DNA of 64,000 nt from a virus. A program made the position numbers and the translations under genes. Below the pieces are notes generated by a model that saw only the letters and a list, made by a program, of their open reading frames with translations, searched no databases and had not been told where the DNA came from. The stretch lies in IMG/VR virus record IMGVR_UViG_3300021962_000068, positions 1 through 64,000 of that record; one strand, given 5' to 3'. This document shows, one piece after another, positions 58,374-64,000 of this stretch. Position 1 is the first letter of the stretch; each line of letters opens with the position of its first letter.

Positions 58374-58762
58374 GCTAAGTCAGCAACTTTCTCAGTTACA
58401 AAAGCGTCAAAATCAGAACTGTTCTTCATTAGATACAAAGCATTTTCTTCTGAGTATGCTAGCTCGTCCTCTAGGTCTAAACCTTCTAGATCTACGGGGG
58501 CTAGTTTATCTACATAAGCAAACTTAAGTCCACTCCAACCTTTTACTGCATTTTCTACATACAGTTTTAAGAAAGTATCTTCATCAAATTCTTCGGTTGG
58601 TTGACGATTTTTATATACAGTTTTTGTTGCTTTTTTTCTAATACTTATCAAGGTCTCGCGACTGATAAAGTTTAGGGAAAGTTTAAAATCTGGGTAACCA
58701 GGATACTCTACTTGTACACTTTTTGATGCAACAAGTAGATTCTTTAGTGAAACTGTTGACAT
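58352..58762 (-). CDS. tail assembly chaperone (G-like)
   Basis: Between tail tube and TMP; VKGWSGL; ends DLANF at slippery site. Confidence 0.85.
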   Translation of the reverse strand: MSTVSLKNLLVASKSVQVEYPGYPDFKLSLNFISRETLISIRKKATKTVYKNRQPTEEFDEDTFLKLYVENAVKGWSGLKFAYVDKLAPVDLEGLDLEDELAYSEENALYLMKNSSDFDAFVTEKVADLANFSNNN

Positions 58763-58779
58763 TTAATTCCTTTTAATTA

Positions 58780-59940
58780 TTAAGCATTTGGTGAATAGTA
58801 AGTAACTACTAGTTCGTTAGTTTGCTCAACGTCAAACTCACTTGCACCACTATTCCAGCCTTGAGCTGTAAAGTTAATAGTAGTTGAAATTACTGATTCA
58901 CTAGAGATTGTTGGGATTTGCACACTGGTATGTGGCATATCAAAGTGGATGCGTAGTGGAGCTGCTGCGCCACCGCCAAGATAAATATTTAAGTCCCAAT
59001 TTGGTTCTGTAGTATTATCAGCATCTACTAGTAGTTGGCTCATTAGAGGGCCAGTATTTCCTGCACCAGTTTTTAAGTAGGCTGTTAGTGAACCACTAAC
59101 TGCACGAGTACCGGTAAAGTATGTAATAGGCTTATTAACAATACCAAGATTAGCTGGTGTTAGATAAGTAACATTATTAGAAATAGTAATGCTACCACCA
59201 GTTAGAGGAATGTTATAAATAGTACCTGCTCCACCCTTTTGTATAGTAACAGCACTTAATTTATTAGCTAAGTAATGTGCTGCAACATCTTTGGCTTTAC
59301 AAGAACCAGTATAAGAACCACTTAAAGAACTAACTCCAGCAACTGGTGTGCCAATAACTAAGTCAGTACCACGACCGGTTAGTTTAGCTGCTCTACCTGT
59401 CCACTGAATAGTTGCAATTGCATCAATACCAAAATCAATTGTAGCTTGGTCTAAAACACAGTTTTCTAATACATATGTATCATTATCAACTGCCATTAGT
59501 AGTACAAATTTTTCTAGTTGGTGCTTATCGCTGTTATTCCAGTTAACAGAAGCATTACTTACGCCATCTACGCCATCTGACCAGCCGCTGCCATCATCAG
59601 ATGAAAGAGCACCCCAAAGAACGCCTTCTTCAGCACCAATATCTTGACCGCCAACAGTAGCTTTAGTAGGTCTCATGTATGTACTAAAACTAAACTCAAC
59701 TGGATCTAGTGCTGTATTAAATGTACGCTGACCACGAATAGGTTCGTTGCCAGACTCATTTAGTGTGATGGTGTCGCTAGTAGTATTTTGTGAAAAACTA
59801 AATCCATCTAGGATTTGAATTTCGTATGCCGTTGTGTCATCAAGGGTTGGGGAACCTAATAGTTCTCCAGTAACTTGATTAACTGCAGCGGCACCTTTTA
59901 CTAAAACCATCTTAGTATTACGAATTAGATTAACTGCCAT
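58780..59940 (-). CDS. major tail tube protein (T5 pb6-like)
   Basis: LIRNT, EIQILDGFSFSQ, RGQRTFNTALDPVEFSFSTYMRP, FTGTRAVSGSLTAYL. Confidence 0.9.
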   Translation of the reverse strand: MAVNLIRNTKMVLVKGAAAVNQVTGELLGSPTLDDTTAYEIQILDGFSFSQNTTSDTITLNESGNEPIRGQRTFNTALDPVEFSFSTYMRPTKATVGGQDIGAEEGVLWGALSSDDGSGWSDGVDGVSNASVNWNNSDKHQLEKFVLLMAVDNDTYVLENCVLDQATIDFGIDAIATIQWTGRAAKLTGRGTDLVIGTPVAGVSSLSGSYTGSCKAKDVAAHYLANKLSAVTIQKGGAGTIYNIPLTGGSITISNNVTYLTPANLGIVNKPITYFTGTRAVSGSLTAYLKTGAGNTGPLMSQLLVDADNTTEPNWDLNIYLGGGAAAPLRIHFDMPHTSVQIPTISSESVISTTINFTAQGWNSGASEFDVEQTNELVVTYYSPNA

Positions 59941-59995
59941 AGTTATTCCTTTTATGTATTAAATAGTCGCCTATTTAGCTAGATATTTATCTGCG

Positions 59996-60448
59996 TTAAT
60001 AATTGACTGTGTTTATTGGATATCGGACCTGAACACTTATTTCACCGACTCCATATGGTGATAATACTCCTTCATCCGTTACTATACTAGTTATTAGTAT
60101 TTCTGTAGTATCAGAAGAATTATCTGTGTCGTATACGAGGTTTCTATTTTTGTCGATACACTTTTCTATATCTGACAGTAACATCTCTAATTCTTCTTGA
60201 GATTCTTCACCTTTTACATATACTTTAATTCCAATATTTAGAAAGCCCCAAGCAAACTGGCTTGGATGGTACTCTCTAACTTCTGAGCCGGGGCTCATAT
60301 AAATTGATGGAAAATCGTTAATTTCGTCCCAAAATTTTAACTTTGGATAACTATTATTATAGATATTGGTTTGATAACCATTAGTTCCATCAATCTCTTT
60401 TAACTTTTCGGCTAAAGCCTTAATAATACTTGTTCTTTTAGTACTCAT
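59996..60448 (-). CDS. tail terminator protein (T5 p142-like)
   Basis: RTSIIKAL...FWDEINDFP...TDEGVLSPYGVGE. Confidence 0.82.
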   Translation of the reverse strand: MSTKRTSIIKALAEKLKEIDGTNGYQTNIYNNSYPKLKFWDEINDFPSIYMSPGSEVREYHPSQFAWGFLNIGIKVYVKGEESQEELEMLLSDIEKCIDKNRNLVYDTDNSSDTTEILITSIVTDEGVLSPYGVGEISVQVRYPINTVNY

Positions 60449-62040
60449 ACTAAGACCGCCCGCATTCTATTTGCTACCTGTTGGGAAGCAAGTTCTCTTA
60501 TTGATTTAGATATTAGTAGTCTAGGACTACGTGTACCTGGAGACCCTTGTTTAAATCCTGGTTCAAAAGTTTGATAAGGATTACGCATATAGGTATAAAA
60601 AGCAGTTATCATGCCTTCACGACTTTGCGACATTTTAGTAACTTTAACGCTTTCAGCAAATCTACCGCTTTGTAAGTTTAGAATATCTCGCCTACTGCCG
60701 TCGCCCATGTTCTCTTTAATTTTTTGAGATAAACTCATATTAATTAAATTTTGCAATTTAACTAAACTTGGTAATCCTTGCGCTTTAAAATTTATTGAGG
60801 AGCTGCTAGGTTTTATACCTACGACTTTTTTACCAGGTTTAATTATACCAGATAGCGTAGATACTTTTTCTTTTACTGTATTTCTACTTTTTCTTGAAGT
60901 AGTAGCTTTAAACGAAGTTACGCGCTCTCCGGCAATGGTTTTTAAAATTACATTAGTAATATGTTCTTCTAAACTTGGAGAACTTCTACCTTTTAATACT
61001 AGTCTACCTAACTTAGACCCCGCACTAGTAAAAGCTTGTGCTAGTTTGTTTAGTGTAGCCCTATTGACGCCATAAGGAGAGTTTTTTTCAAGAGTTGAAC
61101 CACGTAGTTGATTTAATACGCTATTTTCAAATTTAACTATATTACCACCAAAAGATACAAAGATTTTTACAAAAGAATCAGAAAAATCTTTTGTGATAGT
61201 AATGTATTCTTCAACCTGTCTTGATGTATTTATAAAATCTTCTGTAGCAAGCATTGCTTTTTTAGCTTTAGCTTCTACCGATCCTTCGCTCTGCATTACA
61301 TCAAAAATTATAGATACTATTTTTGGAGAATTAAAACTTAAAGTTATATTACCTTCTGCATCCGTACTTCCAACCGCAGTATGTCCATAGTCTAGTAGTT
61401 TTCCAACGGAGTCTATATCTGTATTTAGACCTCTTACTGCAATTAGACCTTCTAAAGAATTAGATAGTGCGTTAGACCAACCTTTATTACTAGCTAATAA
61501 ATCAAAGGTTGGAAATATATAGAAACTGGCTTGGCTACTTGATAGATCTGATAAAAATAAAACTTTATCAAAAATATTTTTAAACTGTTTAATAACTAAG
61601 TTAGGGTTTTCCGCACCTACTGTAGCTATAGATTTAACTTTTTCTTGTAATACTTTACTATTTGTAGAGGTACTAATACCTTTTAAGTAACTTTCTGCAC
61701 TTTTAATAGTATCTAGTATAAGATCTATTTCTGCATTAGTTAGTTTTTTTGCTCTGTTTTTATTTGAAGATGCAAATTCTTCCCCAATAAACTCACTAAT
61801 AGAAGATTCTAAATTAGTATATTTCTGGAGCTCTCTTTTTATATTATTATAGTCTATAACAAATAAAGTTGGAAATGTAGCATCAACTACACTTCTAAAA
61901 GATAAGTTTTTTCGCTCGTATAATCTTTCGTCTCTGTAGGACAGACCCTGCTTAACATAAGTACCTATACTTTCTAACAAGTTAGGAGCTAGATTCTGTA
62001 CAAATTCTGGTGCAGCATAAGTTATTTTACCTGCTGCCAT
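60445..62040 (-). CDS. tail completion/neck protein (T5 p143-like C-terminus, long N-terminal extension)
   Basis: C-terminal LNLQSGRFAESV...YTYMRNPYQTFE...PRLLISKSIRELA; syntenic. Confidence 0.7.
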   Translation of the reverse strand: MAAGKITYAAPEFVQNLAPNLLESIGTYVKQGLSYRDERLYERKNLSFRSVVDATFPTLFVIDYNNIKRELQKYTNLESSISEFIGEEFASSNKNRAKKLTNAEIDLILDTIKSAESYLKGISTSTNSKVLQEKVKSIATVGAENPNLVIKQFKNIFDKVLFLSDLSSSQASFYIFPTFDLLASNKGWSNALSNSLEGLIAVRGLNTDIDSVGKLLDYGHTAVGSTDAEGNITLSFNSPKIVSIIFDVMQSEGSVEAKAKKAMLATEDFINTSRQVEEYITITKDFSDSFVKIFVSFGGNIVKFENSVLNQLRGSTLEKNSPYGVNRATLNKLAQAFTSAGSKLGRLVLKGRSSPSLEEHITNVILKTIAGERVTSFKATTSRKSRNTVKEKVSTLSGIIKPGKKVVGIKPSSSSINFKAQGLPSLVKLQNLINMSLSQKIKENMGDGSRRDILNLQSGRFAESVKVTKMSQSREGMITAFYTYMRNPYQTFEPGFKQGSPGTRSPRLLISKSIRELASQQVANRMRAVLV

Positions 62041-62042
62041 AT

Positions 62043-62612
62043 TTAATCCCAGCTAGCTTTATAGAGGTTAAGTACGCGAGCAATATGACTAGGAAATTGT
62101 GCACTGGTCATATACTCAAGCTGTAAGCTACCACTTGATGTAGTTTTTTGCATATGCGAAATTGCATCGCTTTTCATGTAAAAAACCATTAAGTCTAAAA
62201 CTGCTAATTTTAAATCTTGAGGTATTGTTTCATATCCAGCAAAATAAGATACTTTATAACCATTAATCTTTTTTGTAAACCCTGAACTAGATAAACTCTG
62301 CAAGGTTTGATTTTCTTCATCGAAAGCGTAGTTTACGTATTCTTCCATGTCTGTGTAGTCTTGACCATAATTTTCACTGGTTTCAAAACTAATAATACGC
62401 ACAACTGGATATTCTTTAAAGTAGTATGTAGAGCTACCGCCACTAAAATACTCAGTTTTAGCCTCATCTAGATGGTCATTAAATCTTCTGCCACAAAAGC
62501 TCTTTACTAGCTCACTAACTTTTGGAATTAATGAGTCGATTATGGCGTCCTGATTTTCGCTATTAATTCCAACATATGCTTTATATTCTTGTCTTGTAAT
62601 TAAATCGGCCAT
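62043..62612 (-). CDS. head completion / head-tail connector (T5 p144-like)
   Basis: LITRQEYKAY...VSYFAGY..IPQDLKLA...FPSHIARVLNLY. Confidence 0.85.
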   Translation of the reverse strand: MADLITRQEYKAYVGINSENQDAIIDSLIPKVSELVKSFCGRRFNDHLDEAKTEYFSGGSSTYYFKEYPVVRIISFETSENYGQDYTDMEEYVNYAFDEENQTLQSLSSSGFTKKINGYKVSYFAGYETIPQDLKLAVLDLMVFYMKSDAISHMQKTTSSGSLQLEYMTSAQFPSHIARVLNLYKASWD

Positions 62613-62630
62613 TTTACGACTCCTTGTTAT

Positions 62631-62691
62631 CTTTTTATAGATACTCGTAAAAGTACCTATAAAAAGATAGGGAGATTTACTCCCTATCTTA
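62631..62691 (-). terminator. double hairpin downstream of major capsid gene
   Basis: AAGATAGGGAG/CTCCCTATCTT stem with T tract on minus strand, plus CTTTTTATAG...CTATAAAAAG hairpin. Confidence 0.75.
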
Positions 62692-62704
62692 AACCTAATT
62701 TAGA

Positions 62705-64000
62705 TTAGGCAACCCAACGTAGAACTGAAAGACCAGCACCATGATTGGTGGTGATCTGAGTCATGCCAGTGCGTAAGGAAGCAACTAGTACACGACGCTG
62801 AGTTTCGACTAGCTCTTGAGTGTCGAAACGTAGACCACGCTGATTACCAACTAAGAAGTTACCTGGGGCAACTGCGATAACAGCAGCTTCGCCGTCAGCT
62901 TTAGTGTTGAAAGAAGCTGAAACGATAACTGGAGTGTTACCAACTGAACCAACTTGACCAGTGATTAAAGTGGCTTGTGCACCAACTTTATCCATTGTTT
63001 GGAAAGTGGTATCGTCTAGTAGGTCATAGTAAGCCTCGGTAGAAACGATATAAGCCATTTCAGCAGGATCTAGACCCCAATAGCCCATATCACGACGTAG
63101 GTTACGTAGCATTGATACAGTGATCTTGTCGGCATTAGAAATGTCGGCAGTAACAGTTGAAGCAGCATCATAAGAAGCTAAACCAGCAACTGGATCAGCA
63201 CCTGCGCCAGCACCTAATAGGAATGCCTTGTCAACTGACTTGGCAACGCGACGAACCATTGCGTCACGAACGATTGGTAGAAGAACTAGTAGTGCGTCTT
63301 CTTCCTCTTCGTAGTTTAGGTACTCACGAGTAGCAACTTTATAAGCGTTTAGTGTGATTTCGCTTAGTTGATGAGTTTGAGCAGCACCAGCACTGTTTGC
63401 GGTACCAAACTGAGCGTTAGTTACCCAAGTGGCATCGCCAGCTTCTGGGTTGACTGGAATAGTCATAACGTTAGTTTGCATTGTAATGTTACGCATTAAT
63501 GGTGACACTACTAAACGACGGCGAACCTCGTTTTCCATATTCATGGAAACTTCTAGTTCCCAAGTAGCGCTTGGTACGTGTGGGCCAGCTTTTTCAATAA
63601 TTGAACGACCGTAGTTGGTTGACTCAATTGACTTCTGAGCAATCTTGCTTAGTAGAACAGCGCTTTCACGCTCGGTGTAAGTTGAGCCTTCGCCTTTGTT
63701 GTCAGCAAATTGCATTTTTGATGCTTGAATTTTAGCAAGCTCATCAGCTTTTTCTTTGATAGCAGCTTCTAGACCAGCTAGAACAGACTTGCTCTCAGCT
63801 GACTGCTCTTCTAGGCGCTTGGTGACTTCTTCTAGAAGACGCTCTGCACCGGTATCAACTGTCTTAACAGTAGCTTCGACGGTTGACTTGATTTTGCTTT
63901 CTAGTTCAGCTTGAGCGGCTTGAGCAGCTTTTTCTTGTGCTTCTTTAGCAGCCTGTGCTTCTAGAATTGATTTAGTTGCCTCTGCGGCAGCTTGCTTAGC
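62705..64000 (-). CDS. major capsid protein (HK97 fold, T5 pb8-like), 5'-truncated by window edge
   Basis: Frame stays open to 64000 with a coiled-coil scaffolding-like region; EEEEDALLVLLPIVRD, QVGSVGNTPVIVS. Confidence 0.92.
   Translation of the reverse strand, partial: AKQAAAEATKSILEAQAAKEAQEKAAQAAQAELESKIKSTVEATVKTVDTGAERLLEEVTKRLEEQSAESKSVLAGLEAAIKEKADELAKIQASKMQFADNKGEGSTYTERESAVLLSKIAQKSIESTNYGRSIIEKAGPHVPSATWELEVSMNMENEVRRRLVVSPLMRNITMQTNVMTIPVNPEAGDATWVTNAQFGTANSAGAAQTHQLSEITLNAYKVATREYLNYEEEEDALLVLLPIVRDAMVRRVAKSVDKAFLLGAGAGADPVAGLASYDAASTVTADISNADKITVSMLRNLRRDMGYWGLDPAEMAYIVSTEAYYDLLDDTTFQTMDKVGAQATLITGQVGSVGNTPVIVSASFNTKADGEAAVIAVAPGNFLVGNQRGLRFDTQELVETQRRVLVASLRTGMTQITTNHGAGLSVLRWVA

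Overview
A 64 kb segment of an AT-rich, T5-like lytic siphophage genome (Demerecviridae-type gene order), probably from a surface-water phage with a proteobacterial host (inference). The + strand (1-26.8 kb) begins with an accessory and RNA-gene region: three tRNAs, a circularly permuted two-piece tmRNA, two candidate structured ncRNAs, UvsE, a deaminase and ThyX. The T5 replication block follows: D3, D2, PC4-like SSB, split NAD+ ligase, D5, D6 helicase, primase, PolA, D10-D15 and dUTPase, then a class II ribonucleotide reductase. The - strand (64-26.8 kb) is the late arm: major capsid (cut at the window edge), head/tail completion genes, tail tube, tail chaperones with a -1 frameshift, tape measure, a lambda-like tail tip with an NlpC/P60-J fusion, several large mosaic fibres, holin, lysozyme and PhoH. 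The two arms converge on a bidirectional terminator. The most notable observations are the phage-encoded permuted tmRNA (tag ANDEVFALAA), a long-variable-arm tRNA(UAU) paired with a tRNA(CAU) near a deaminase, two intergenic RNAs sharing a 15-nt T-loop hairpin (one with perfectly complementary kissing loops), and a possible T7-gene-10-like -1 frameshift in a fibre/adhesin gene. All calls come from reading motifs by eye and recalled family knowledge; no searches were run.
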